This document shows positions 1 through 10,122 of a stretch of 64,000 nt of DNA, one piece after another. Both the position numbers and the translations under genes were made by a program. The notes under the pieces were generated by a model. That model did not search any database and was not told the DNA's origin. It was given only the letters and a program-made list of their open reading frames with translations. The stretch's first letter is position 1, and every line of letters starts with the position of its first letter. This DNA comes from an uncultured Verrucomicrobiae bacterium. Its GTDB lineage: Bacteria > Verrucomicrobiota > Verrucomicrobiia > Chthoniobacterales > Terrimicrobiaceae. The stretch lies in assembly GCA_963706955.1 (NCBI GenBank), contig CAVPOC010000003.1:512001-576000 (forward strand). The letters run 5' to 3'.

Positions 1-1
1 G

Positions 2-424
2 CCGAAATCACGCCAAAAGACTCGCATTCCGCGGCTCCCTTTTCGACCTCCGGACGACTATTTGCGCGAGGCAATGATTGCTTCGCTGGCCAAAGGCGAT
101 GTCGAACTCGATGTGCGTTTGCAGCTGCAAACCGATCCGCATCTCATGCCGATCGAGAACAATGCTGTGCTCTGGCCAGAAAGGCTTTCTCCGCGTGTTT
201 CCGCAGCTACTTTACGCCTGCCGAGGCAGAAGTTTGACTCTCCGTCGCAAATGGAATTCGCTAAACGCCTCTCCTACAATCCTTGGCATTGTCTTCCGGA
301 ACATCGCCCGTTGGGGAACCAAAGCCGAGCGCGCCACCGCATGTATTCGGAACTATCGCGCCTCCGCCAAAGGATGAACGCTGTTTCCCACTACGAACCC
401 ACGGGCGAGGAGGTTTTCGAGTAG
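2..424 (+). CDS. Catalase-like haem protein, C-terminal part (5' truncated by window edge)
   Basis: Frame is open from position 2. Motifs LQLQTDP..MPIE, LSYNPWH..PEHRPLG..SRAR..MY are typical of small catalase-related proteins. Confidence 0.75.
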   Translation, partial: PKSRQKTRIPRLPFRPPDDYLREAMIASLAKGDVELDVRLQLQTDPHLMPIENNAVLWPERLSPRVSAATLRLPRQKFDSPSQMEFAKRLSYNPWHCLPEHRPLGNQSRARHRMYSELSRLRQRMNAVSHYEPTGEEVFE

Positions 425-429
425 AATTC

Positions 430-1731
430 ATGACCCCGCAGTCAAGCTTCCTGGTTTTGGCCGCGATCACGCCAGAGCGTGAGGCAGAGCTTCGAGAGCT
501 GCTCGACTCCATGAATGATGCTCCCGGACGCGTGAACCCGAACAATGCGCTGATCGCTTTTGCCGAATTCAGCATGATCCATGTCGCACGCTTGCTCATT
601 CTGAAAGATAATTCTCTGGACGACATAAAAGTGTATGGCCTGCCACGGCGCGACTATCCGCTCTACCTCGCTTTTCTCGGCAACATCGACGGGGAACGGG
701 ATGCGTTCTATGAGGAATTGGCTCGACGCGCTCCAAATGGATTGCGCGCACTCTTTTCGTGCTGCGACGACTTCACGTCGGAAACTCGCCTGGTCGAATG
801 GATGAAAAGGCACAGCCGCTCTTCCGTCGCCGGGTATACAAATTGGGTCGGGCGCACCGTCACTCGCGTCCGCGAGGAAGCCACTTTGCATGAGAGCATC
901 GACCGTTTTCTGCAGAGCAATGCGCGTTCCTTCGCGAGTCTGCAAGCACAGGAGATCCACACCGCCGTGCAGAGCTTTGTCGCCGGTGAAAGAGCCGCCG
1001 GTCGCCTCGAGCTCTCCGCGGAGGCTCCCACGCCTCTCGGCTGGCGCCTCCGCAATTTGCTGCACAAGGCTGGACTCCCCTTGCTGGCACTCCTCTTACT
1101 GCCAGTCCTCATCCCGGTTGGACTGATCTTCGCTGTTCGCCTTCGACGGATGGAGAAAACCGATCCGGAGCTCTGCTTCCGGATTGACCAGGAATACGCC
1201 GATGTGCTGGCGCGCTTGGAAGATCACGACGTCACTAATCAATTTACCGCCATGGGAAGCCTAAAACCAGGGACGGTGCGACTTTGGACGGCGACCGCTG
1301 TGCTCCGGACAGTCGACTACGCCGCCCGTCACATCTTCAATCGTGGGCGATTGGCACGGATACGCACCATTCACTTTGCCCGCTGGGTCTTCCTCGATGA
1401 CAAGAAGCGAATGGTCTTTTTCAGTGATTACGATGGAAGCTTCGAAAGCTACATGGACGACTTTATCAACAAATCAGGGTTTGGATTGAATGTAGTCTTC
1501 AGCAACGGGATCGGCTATCCGCGGACCAATTGGCTCATCTTCGATGGATGTGCCGACGAACTGAAATACAAAGAATTCCTGCGCCGCCACACCTTGCCCA
1601 CGCAAGTTTGGTACAAGGCCTATCCGGGATTAACTGCCGCCGATCTGGAAAGAAACACTCGACTCCGAAGGGGTCTGGAATCCTCGAGACTCAACGATGC
1701 GGAGGCTCGCGCGTGGGTGGGACTTTTATGA
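430..1731 (+). CDS. Conserved hypothetical membrane-anchored protein of DyP-peroxidase clusters
   Basis: ATG at 430. Two related IH(V/F)AR(L/W)...(F)..(N/D)(I/Y)DG segments flank one hydrophobic helix. Its stop overlaps the next start (ATGA). Confidence 0.7.
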   Translation: MTPQSSFLVLAAITPEREAELRELLDSMNDAPGRVNPNNALIAFAEFSMIHVARLLILKDNSLDDIKVYGLPRRDYPLYLAFLGNIDGERDAFYEELARRAPNGLRALFSCCDDFTSETRLVEWMKRHSRSSVAGYTNWVGRTVTRVREEATLHESIDRFLQSNARSFASLQAQEIHTAVQSFVAGERAAGRLELSAEAPTPLGWRLRNLLHKAGLPLLALLLLPVLIPVGLIFAVRLRRMEKTDPELCFRIDQEYADVLARLEDHDVTNQFTAMGSLKPGTVRLWTATAVLRTVDYAARHIFNRGRLARIRTIHFARWVFLDDKKRMVFFSDYDGSFESYMDDFINKSGFGLNVVFSNGIGYPRTNWLIFDGCADELKYKEFLRRHTLPTQVWYKAYPGLTAADLERNTRLRRGLESSRLNDAEARAWVGLL

Positions 1732-3266
1732 AGAGTGCAGTGGATTTTGACGACGTGCAAGGGATTGTCCGATTCGGCTATGGGCGGCTGAAGGGAGCTT
1801 CCTACGCGCTGGCGCGAATCAAAAATTTGGAAGCGGCGCGTTCCTGGCTGCTCTCCGCACCCGTCTCCACCGCGATTGAAAGAAATCCGCCACCAGCGAC
1901 CGCCCTGCAAGTTGCCTTTACCGTCGAAGGACTCAGCGCCTTGCACGTGCCCGACGCGGTCATCGGAGCCTTTTCCCACGAGTTTGTCTCCGGAATGACG
2001 CAGGAGAGCCGCTCGCGGAGGCTAGGCGACTTGGAGGCCAACTCTCCATCGAATTGGGCCTGGGGCTCCGGCGCCAAGGTGCCCCATCTCCTCGTAATGT
2101 TCTTTGCGCCACCAGAGCGCCTCGCTGCCTTCAAGGAAAGTAGCACCGGAGCGCTCTGGAACGATGCCTTTGAGGTGAGCTGGCTTTACAGCGCTGACCT
2201 CGATGGCATCGAGCCATTTGGATTCGTCGATGGTGTCAGCCAGCCGAAGGTCGATTGGGAGCAGCAACGCAATATGCTGGAAGGGCAAATCGACTATGGA
2301 AACGTAGTCGCTTTGGGCGAGTTTCTGCTGGGATATCGAAACGAATACGGCAAATACACCGATCGCCCTCTGGTCGATTCCGATGCGGCCACCGCGGAGC
2401 TGCTCGACGCAGAAGACGCGCCTGAGAAGAAAGATATTGGACGCAACGGGACATATCTCGTCATGCGCGACTTGCAGCAGGACGTTCGGCGCTTCTGGCA
2501 GTTCCTCAACAAGCACGCGCACGGCGATCTCGCATTCATGGAACGGCTTGCCACCGCGATGGTGGGTCGCACGCGAACCGGCGATCCGCTAGTGCCGATT
2601 CAACAGGAGCCGATCTCTGGCATCGGACCGGATGCTGATGAGGTCCGGCAGAATCGATTCACCTTTGAGAGCGATCCTGAAGGTGTATCTTGCCCATTTG
2701 GTGCGCATGTGCGGCGCGCCAATCCACGCAATACCGATTATCCGGGGCGTCCTGCCACCCTCCTCTCGAAAGTTGTGACGATGCTCGGATTTGGTCCCAA
2801 AGGTTTCCGTGACGATCTGATCTCTTCTGTTCGCTACCATCGCATCCTGCGGCGCGGTCGCGAATATGGACCCGGTCTCTCTCCCGAGGACGCCCTCGGA
2901 CCCGCGCCGCCGAACGAACCCAGCCGGGGATTGCACTTCATTTGCCTGAACGCGAACATCCTTCGCCAGTTCGAATTCTTGCAGAACGCCTGGATAGCAA
3001 ACACCAAATTTGCCGCCATGAGCGGCGAAAGCGACCCTCTCCTGGGAAATCGTGAAGCCATTTGGGGCTGTCCGCTCACCACTGATTTCAACATTCCAAA
3101 AGGTGATGGCGTGCGACAGCGCGTTAGCGGACTTGAACAATTCGTCACCCTCCGAGGCGGGGCTTATTTCTTCCTGCCAAGCCTTCGCGTGCTTCGCTAC
3201 TTCGCCCAAGCCGGCGCTCCCAAGCGAAAAGCTGATATCTTCCGTCCAGGCGATGCGGCTTCCTAA
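1728..3266 (+). CDS. DyP-type (dye-decolorizing) peroxidase
   Basis: EPFGFVDGVSQP (GxxDG motif), CPFGAHVRRANPR (proximal His), HRILRRGREYG, GLHFICL..RQFEFLQ, RGGAYFFLPS. Confidence 0.9.
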   Translation: MKSAVDFDDVQGIVRFGYGRLKGASYALARIKNLEAARSWLLSAPVSTAIERNPPPATALQVAFTVEGLSALHVPDAVIGAFSHEFVSGMTQESRSRRLGDLEANSPSNWAWGSGAKVPHLLVMFFAPPERLAAFKESSTGALWNDAFEVSWLYSADLDGIEPFGFVDGVSQPKVDWEQQRNMLEGQIDYGNVVALGEFLLGYRNEYGKYTDRPLVDSDAATAELLDAEDAPEKKDIGRNGTYLVMRDLQQDVRRFWQFLNKHAHGDLAFMERLATAMVGRTRTGDPLVPIQQEPISGIGPDADEVRQNRFTFESDPEGVSCPFGAHVRRANPRNTDYPGRPATLLSKVVTMLGFGPKGFRDDLISSVRYHRILRRGREYGPGLSPEDALGPAPPNEPSRGLHFICLNANILRQFEFLQNAWIANTKFAAMSGESDPLLGNREAIWGCPLTTDFNIPKGDGVRQRVSGLEQFVTLRGGAYFFLPSLRVLRYFAQAGAPKRKADIFRPGDAAS

Positions 3267-3339
3267 CCGTGTAGACTCCAGCGCAGCATGGTGTCGTTCG
3301 TAGCCTAGGAGCGAGCAAGCGACAAAGAGTTATGACCAA

Positions 3340-3987
3340 TCAGGGTGGCTCTCTTCCGTTCAAGTCGACCCAATTGAGAGCAAAATGCCTCATCTCTGCG
3401 GAACTCTTAAAGCCGAACTTCCGTCCGATATGTCTGCGATGGGTCTCGATGGTTTTCGGGCTGATCTCCAGTTCCGATGCGATTTCTCTCATTCCCAATC
3501 CTCGTCCGAACAACTCGAGCACTTCCAATTCTCTCGGTGAGAGTCGGCTTTCCAATGAATTACTCCGTTCGTTCTTAGACAGAATTGACTGACGGAGCAG
3601 CTGTTCACGAAACCGTGGGCTGACATAGATCCCTCCCTGCAATACTTTACGCAAAGCTTCAAGAACGTCGTCGAGAGCCTGGTACTTGGTAAGATATCCC
3701 AAGGCACCTGCGCGAAGCGCCCGCAACGCGTAGTGCTCTTCGTCATACATCGAGAGCACCAAAATGGGCAACTTGGGTAGTTCCGCCTTTACGATCTTGA
3801 TCAACTCGATTCCGTTAATTCCAGGCAGGGAGATATCGACAATGGCTGCATCAGGCGGGCACATCCGCATCATCCGAAGAGCACCCGGCGATGAAGACGC
3901 TTCGCAGCAACTAGCCAGATCTTGTTCAGCGTTGATAAGATCGGCCAACCCGAGGCGGAACAGGGGATGATCATCGACAATCATCAC
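3340..3987 (-). CDS. NarL/LuxR-family response regulator (orphan)
   Basis: REC domain IVDDHP, VDISLP and LuxR HTH LSPRELEVLEL..ISPKTIETHR. Start uncertain. Confidence 0.92.
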   Translation of the reverse strand: MMIVDDHPLFRLGLADLINAEQDLASCCEASSSPGALRMMRMCPPDAAIVDISLPGINGIELIKIVKAELPKLPILVLSMYDEEHYALRALRAGALGYLTKYQALDDVLEALRKVLQGGIYVSPRFREQLLRQSILSKNERSNSLESRLSPRELEVLELFGRGLGMREIASELEISPKTIETHRRHIGRKFGFKSSAEMRHFALNWVDLNGREPP

Positions 3988-4330
3988 TTTGCTCCTTCGA
4001 CGTTCGGCCGGTTGTCTAGGTTCGGTTTTCGTTGCAGCGAAAAAAGTAAGATGCTGTGCAGCAACATACGTGCAACCCCCGAGAGAACAATCTGATTAAC
4101 CCTGACATGTGGCTCCACCAAGGTTGGCCCTCCGTGGCGAGCACTCAGGTGCAGTAGACGGGTAGTGTTGCCCACCGTAGATGAGCGCTTCGGTTCTCCA
4201 AGACCAGCGACACTATTGATAATGGGCCTGCCAGATGGAGAATTTGCGTTCCGCTCCGACTGCAAGCACGGAGACGCGCTTGCAGTGCCCCCTCGACAAG
4301 AGCGTTGTCGGCCGGTAAAAAAGCCGGTTC

Positions 4331-4798
4331 ATGAAGACCAGACCGATTACACGGCTTGCGGCAGGGCTTTGCCTTGTTCTTCTTCTGGGTCGTCCTTCGC
4401 TGCGCGCAGACGAAAGTTCTACTAGATCTTCCTCCTACGACGCGGTCGCGGCGGCGCCTGACAATCACCGCGTCGTCTTCGAAAATGAAAAGGTCAGGGT
4501 TCTCGAAGTCACTATAAATCCGGGCGAGAAGGAACCGTTCCACGAGCATCCGCTTTTTAGTGTGATGACCATAATCACGGGCGCGCCCCTCCGCATCACT
4601 TCGGGAACCTTGCAGGACGGACAGATCGTCACCGGAAAAACGATTGAAGTTGGCAAGGACAATTTTCAACCTCCGCCGCTGTGGATGCCTCCTCAAGGCT
4701 TGCACTCGGCGGAGAATGTCGGGACGGCGGTTTTTCGCGCGTACCGCATCGAGCTGAAAGAGGGCGAAAAATCCAGCGACATAAGGCCGTCAATTTAA
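4331..4798 (+). CDS. Secreted cupin-domain protein
   Basis: Signal-peptide-like N-terminus; NHRVVFENEKVRVLEVTINPGEKEPFHEH and HSAENVG cupin motifs. Confidence 0.8.
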   Translation: MKTRPITRLAAGLCLVLLLGRPSLRADESSTRSSSYDAVAAAPDNHRVVFENEKVRVLEVTINPGEKEPFHEHPLFSVMTIITGAPLRITSGTLQDGQIVTGKTIEVGKDNFQPPPLWMPPQGLHSAENVGTAVFRAYRIELKEGEKSSDIRPSI

Positions 4799-4833
4799 TG
4801 CACCTGTCCGAACCCATCGGAGAGGAAAGTCCG

Positions 4834-5047
4834 TTGAGCCGCTCAAACGTATTTCGGAAAACCAAGTGGTTCGAAGTCCTGAAAACTACTAGACGCAGTC
4901 AAGTTGCTGTAATGAAACTCGGGCCGGGACAATCCACCGGCGAGCAAGCAGCAGAATGCACCCAAATTTACCAACAGAAGCGATCGGCCGGCGGTAACTT
5001 TCAACGTGTATTCGCCACCCGAGTACCCACCCGACACGAAAGGCTAG
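4834..5047 (+). pseudogene. Cupin gene remnant with internal deletion/frameshift
   Basis: N-part FEVLKTTRRSQVAVMKLGPGQSTG in one frame and C-part FTNRSDRPAVTFNVYSPPEYPPDTKG* in another; the central His motifs are absent. Confidence 0.55.
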
Positions 5048-6093
5048 GAACGCCTTCTCCGGTATCCACGCGCGTTCCGGTGACTTCCAGTCAAGCTGCC
5101 ATCGCCGCGGACACGAAAATTTGCACCGCAAAGACGCGGTGCCCTACGGCGAATTCAGGAATACGCCCGATATGCAGAACTCAACGGCTCCAGTAAAGGG
5201 ATAGTCTCTACGACGAACAAGTAGGTAGTCCAGCTCGCCCTGGGCCTACGCTGGGCGGGCTGCCAAGTCCCATTATTTCAACGCGGACAAGGCAGTCCGC
5301 TCCTGTCGTTTACTGCGGAATTCTCCGTTGTGGGCTTAACGACGCGCAATAGAACGCTTTCGAAGAGGATTTGCTATTCACAGTGGAGCTGCTTCCATGA
5401 GGGGGAGCTGCGTTTGCAAGCAAACCTGGTAGAATAATCGGGCCTACGGTAGCGCACAATCCGTCGCCCATGGGCATCGGCGGGAAGATCGACGAGGAAT
5501 GAGGCCCAGGAAGGCGGTGCGTTTAGCTAAGCCAAGCCTGGGTCTTGCAGACGCGTATAGAGAATTCAGGGCGGACCCCGATTTCCCCCTATTTACCGGC
5601 TGTGCTAAGCGAGACTTTGTCATACGCCATGGCGGGCTGCTGAGCCACTATCATGACCTCTACCATCATGACACAGCAGTCCCGCTTTTTTTTGGTTATC
5701 TATCCGGCTGTATCGAAGGTCGCGTATCGCTGTCAACGAGTCTGGATCAGCCGCAAAGGTCCTACCAAACGTAAACACTCTTAGCTGGTAGGCTTCAGTC
5801 GGGGTTTCCGCTGATTTCCTGCGTTCTCTAAGTCGTGCCATCCGGCAGCCTGACATAGAGCGGCGGCTTCCTCGTCAGGCCGCAGTTCATACCACCGCCC
5901 GCTCTCCACCCAAAAGCAGCGGCGGTGTCCCGAACGTCGAAAAAGCGACCCCGTGGGAAACGGCCGCAACATACCTATAATTTGATCTTTTCTGCCGACT
6001 GCAGGAGAGTATTGGATGGAGCGAAGTCTAGTAAACCTGGAAACTATGGTGGCACTACACGACTCGAAGAATAGAGTTTGCCACGCACGGTTC

Positions 6094-6189
6094 GGATGGG
6101 CAACAGCATTTGTCGCGGAGACCTATGGATGGCTAAAAGGTAGGCCTGCTGTCTGCGTCAGTGCACTTGGCCCGGGCGCGTTCAACTTC
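6094..6189 (+). pseudogene. Fragment of a TPP-enzyme (acetolactate synthase-like) N-terminal domain
   Basis: Translates to ATAFVAETYGWLKGRPAVCVSALGPGAFNF, matching the AAFMA..YGRL.G.PGVC..TLGPGATN motif. No flanking continuity. Confidence 0.6.
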
Positions 6190-6419
6190 TGCTTCATCTC
6201 AAAGCCTCTCTCTAGCGGCGGTGCCCCGCCCAGGGCGCGCCCAGGAGGGCGCAGTGCCGGAGGCCTCTGACCTTCGGAATTGGGCCGCTACACGGCCTTC
6301 GGCGATGAGGACCCCCGCAAAGCTGGCGCGTAGCGCCTGCCGGGCGTGGTATTGCCGCTCTAAAAACCCACCGACGATAGGACATCGATACCCAGAAAGA
6401 TCTCGCAGGCTGAGTTTAG

Positions 6420-8219
6420 CTAAGTGGTCAGTTTTGCGCGCAGGTGATCTGCCAACCGGATCGCTAATGCGGCAAGAGTAAGGGTAGGATTCGCCGCGGG
6501 AGAAGTTGGAAACACCGAAAGATCGCAGGCATAAATACCCTGATGCCCCAAGAAACGGAGGTTTTCATTCACCACGCCCTCTTGGATTCCGTGCTTGTCC
6601 ACATGCTTTCCCTTGGTCCGTTCCATGCGCAACGTGCCGACCTCGTGCGCGACACCGCCGACGCTACCGAAGCCCTGTTTGATGATTTCACCGCCGAGAC
6701 CATCTACCACCAACTTGTTCACCAGCGCCTCTAGCTCGTTTTCCTGTTGCTCAGTCACGGGCACGCGTCGCGCGGAGACTTGCGCATGCTGATCGTCCGT
6801 GGCGATCTGCAGAAAGTTACCCTCCTGAAGCTCGGCGTTGAGCAGGAACACAATTTCGCCTAAGACCCACTCTCCGCGGCTCTGGATAAGGTCGTCCAGG
6901 ATGTTGTCATCCAGATAGCGTCCCTGGTTTAGATCCGCATTGATCTCTAGCAAAATATTGTAAGGTGGGCGCAGCTGGCCTTCCCGTTCGCGAGGTTGCG
7001 AAAGCGTTTTTGCGCTCGTGAAGGGATCGAAAAACTCAGACTGTCGCGGAATCTTGAAGTGCGAGAAATGCACCGGGTGATCGGTAAGGCCCTTGCCGAT
7101 CAGAGCATTGGGCTGCAATCCGCTGCGTAGCGCCAGGCGGGCGCTTTCCAGCGTGCCCGCGGCGAGGACTGCAAATTTCGCCCGATACGTGCGCACTTCA
7201 TCGGTTTTCAAATCCCGCGCCTGGACGGCCACGCCGCTGGCGGTCTCCGAGACGCCTTCCACCATGTAATTTAAATTTACCTGCAAGCGTCCGTCGCGCC
7301 CTCCGGTGAGGCTGGATTCCATAAGTAAATCGGCGGTGGAAAAGACTCCCGAGGCCACCGTATTGGAATCAACGGGATTTTGCCGCGCGGATACCGGCGC
7401 ATCCATATGATTCAACTCTGGCAGAGTAGTGCGCAAAAACTTGAGGATGCTGCGCACATACAAGGTCCGAGGCTGTGTCGAACGCCCCAAGACATCCTCC
7501 GCTCGCTGGTAATAGACGTCCTCGAGTGCCCACTTCACATCCTGGCCCCAGAAATCCAATTCCCACGAAGTCATTCTCGGGATGAAGGCGCCCCAAAAGA
7601 GCGAGCGTCCGCCCAAATTGAAACCGTAGGCGCCGTCGTAGTCGTTATTAGCTAATTTCTCGTATTGCTTGGACTGAAAGTCGCCCCAAAGCTCCCAGAT
7701 ATGCTTGATCACCTGGTTGCGATCAAGTCGATGACGCCGGGGGAGATTTGCCACGTGCGTAGGGAAGAGCAAACCGCCCGCTTCCAACACCAATACTCGA
7801 AAGCCAAGATCGGAGACCTCGTCCGCCAGAATCCCGCCGCCAATTCCTGAACCAACTATGATCACATCGTAGGGCTGATCGGTTGGGGCGACTGCGGGCT
7901 CGAAATAGCGCCTCTGCAGCTGTCCATATTCGCGCACCGGTCCACGCCGCTCATCGAAGACGACCGCATCGGACAAAATGTCATGCGTTTCGCCTTCCCC
8001 GACCGTCAAAGTGAGGTTTGGATCGTTCATCCAAATCGCGCCATTGAGCACCAGTTTCGCCTCCCACGTGCCGACAAAAGTCTCCGCCGGCAGCTCGAAC
8101 GTCCAGCCGTCCCTTTCGTAGCGGCCGGGCAAATCTTTCCAGTCATTGCGCTCAGTGCGCAACGTGATCTCTGCTATGGGCGGAATCCAGTAGCTGGTCT
8201 TGTAGCGCAGAAGAATCAT
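6420..8219 (-). CDS. GMC-family oxidoreductase with extra N-terminal beta-rich domain
   Basis: YDVIIVGSGIGGG FAD motif, LGGRSLFW, VLAAGTLES, HEVGTLRM, DLSVFPTSPAANPTLT; about 110-aa Trp-rich N-terminal extension. Confidence 0.88.
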   Translation of the reverse strand: MILLRYKTSYWIPPIAEITLRTERNDWKDLPGRYERDGWTFELPAETFVGTWEAKLVLNGAIWMNDPNLTLTVGEGETHDILSDAVVFDERRGPVREYGQLQRRYFEPAVAPTDQPYDVIIVGSGIGGGILADEVSDLGFRVLVLEAGGLLFPTHVANLPRRHRLDRNQVIKHIWELWGDFQSKQYEKLANNDYDGAYGFNLGGRSLFWGAFIPRMTSWELDFWGQDVKWALEDVYYQRAEDVLGRSTQPRTLYVRSILKFLRTTLPELNHMDAPVSARQNPVDSNTVASGVFSTADLLMESSLTGGRDGRLQVNLNYMVEGVSETASGVAVQARDLKTDEVRTYRAKFAVLAAGTLESARLALRSGLQPNALIGKGLTDHPVHFSHFKIPRQSEFFDPFTSAKTLSQPREREGQLRPPYNILLEINADLNQGRYLDDNILDDLIQSRGEWVLGEIVFLLNAELQEGNFLQIATDDQHAQVSARRVPVTEQQENELEALVNKLVVDGLGGEIIKQGFGSVGGVAHEVGTLRMERTKGKHVDKHGIQEGVVNENLRFLGHQGIYACDLSVFPTSPAANPTLTLAALAIRLADHLRAKLTT

Positions 8220-8604
8220 GCACCTTGAACTGCCCAGAAGAATGGCCCCTCGCGCAGCACATGTCGATTTTTGATTTAGACGTGCCGAGCGAAAATCCTG
8301 TCAGAGCGATCGCGATGATTCCGCACCCCCGGCTGCACGCTAGAACCGACTTAATCGCCTCTCTTTCCGTCATCTCGATGGGATTTTTGTCCTCTCAAAT
8401 TTTCATCTGCGTCCGCCCCTACAACTCGTCCAGTTCGGCTAGATAGTTTCGTTAATCTTGCCGTAACGAACGAGAAAACCACATCTCACTTACCTAGAAT
8501 TGGTTGCAAATTAAGGCTCGCTCGCTTGATGGGTGGCACCGCACTCGGGCAATCAAATCGCGAAACTCGGCACTGCAAATGCCTTTGTTCTCTGATGAGG
8601 TCCT

Positions 8605-10122
8605 ATGCCAAAGTATGATATCTTCCTGAGCTACGCTCGCGTAGACAATACGGCTCTGGCCGAACCATATGCCGGCCAGACGGAATGGGTGCTGGCCTTT
8701 AAAGTAGCCCTCCAGCAAGCGGTAGACCTACAGTTGGGCCGCACGAATGACGCCCAATGGTTCTTCGACGCCCAAACCCTGCGCACCGCAGATCATCTAA
8801 CCAATGAGATCGCACAGGCGCTGAATGACACATTGCTCCTCGTAGCCCTCATCTCCCCGGGCTATTTCCATGAGGACTCCTGGTGCACGATCGAGCGCGA
8901 ACTCTTCTTGGAAAAGCTCGGGCCGGACGCAGTCCGGGAGGGGCGCATTTACGCCATCCTCCTCGAAGAGGACATGAGAACCACGTGGCAGGAGCATGGC
9001 TTTGCGGGGGCGCTCGACTTCCCCTTCTATGATAAGAACTCGGCTACCGGCAGGAGCATGCGCCTTGGAGCCGAAGGGAAGATATCCCCAAAGTTTATGG
9101 AGAGAATCTCCGTCCTCGCGACGGATATTGCGAGCCGGATCAGGGAACTGAGAGGGTCTCGTGTCTCGCTGGCCCAGCTAATCACTAAGTCGCACGGCTC
9201 GATCGTCGTTGCCGCGGTGCCCGGCGAGATTGAGGAACGGCGGACAGAACTCGCCAACTTCCTCACCGGCAAGGGCTGGCAAGTGCTGCCCGAGCGCAAT
9301 GAGTGTGACGCCGACCCCCAAAAGTGCGCAACCGCCACTCAGGCGGCCTGCAAGGATGCGACGGCTTTTATTCAGCTGCTTAGTCGATTCCCCTGGAAAC
9401 CGGGCGAGTTCGACCGGGTCCAGTTTCAAGCAGCTCTCGATTCCGGCATGGTTCCGTCTGAAAAGGCCGGAAAATCCGGCCGGCCTTTCTTCCGGTATCG
9501 CAGTGATGACTTTAGCTTGGCGGTGATCACCTCCAATCCCGAGCACAAGAAGTGGCTTCAGGAATACGACGTCGCTGCCCGCTCGATGCCAGCCATTAAA
9601 GAGGAAATCGGCCGATGGTTGGACAACTTTTTGGCAGAGGCGGAGCGAAGTAAGCACAAACCCTCTGCCGGTGCGAATTGTAGTGCAATTACCTTGAGTG
9701 TCTCCTCACACGAGCGCACTTCCCTGGGAAGAAAGCTCTGTGAGAGACTGCGACAGGAATCTCTCTATTCCTATCTGCCCGTCCAGGATGTCCCCGATCT
9801 AAGCCAATGCTTCGACAAGGAGCACGGTTTTGTGGCTGTTTTCGGGAACGAAATTTACACTCAGCGCGTTGAGCAGGTGCTTAAGAATTGGAGGGAATTA
9901 TGGATGGAATATGGCATTAGGCGAGGCTGCTGGCCTCCGATAGCTGTCTTCCTGAGCGATCCTCCGCCGGACAATAAGGCCGAGGCCATCAATGTCTCTC
10001 TCCCCAATATGGAGATCATCTCCTCCTGGGACGATGCGTCCTTCAACGGGTTTGTCACTGCGGTCCAGCAGTACTCCAGTCAGAGCCGCAAGACATCGCT
10101 GGAACCAGTCGCCCGAAGGTGA
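8605..10122 (+). CDS. TIR-domain protein with additional Rossmann-like (DUF4062/TIR-like) domains
   Basis: YDIFLSYARVD...LLVALISPGYF..SWCTIE with the TIR catalytic Glu position retained. GTGA overlap with the next gene. Confidence 0.8.
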   Translation: MPKYDIFLSYARVDNTALAEPYAGQTEWVLAFKVALQQAVDLQLGRTNDAQWFFDAQTLRTADHLTNEIAQALNDTLLLVALISPGYFHEDSWCTIERELFLEKLGPDAVREGRIYAILLEEDMRTTWQEHGFAGALDFPFYDKNSATGRSMRLGAEGKISPKFMERISVLATDIASRIRELRGSRVSLAQLITKSHGSIVVAAVPGEIEERRTELANFLTGKGWQVLPERNECDADPQKCATATQAACKDATAFIQLLSRFPWKPGEFDRVQFQAALDSGMVPSEKAGKSGRPFFRYRSDDFSLAVITSNPEHKKWLQEYDVAARSMPAIKEEIGRWLDNFLAEAERSKHKPSAGANCSAITLSVSSHERTSLGRKLCERLRQESLYSYLPVQDVPDLSQCFDKEHGFVAVFGNEIYTQRVEQVLKNWRELWMEYGIRRGCWPPIAVFLSDPPPDNKAEAINVSLPNMEIISSWDDASFNGFVTAVQQYSSQSRKTSLEPVARR

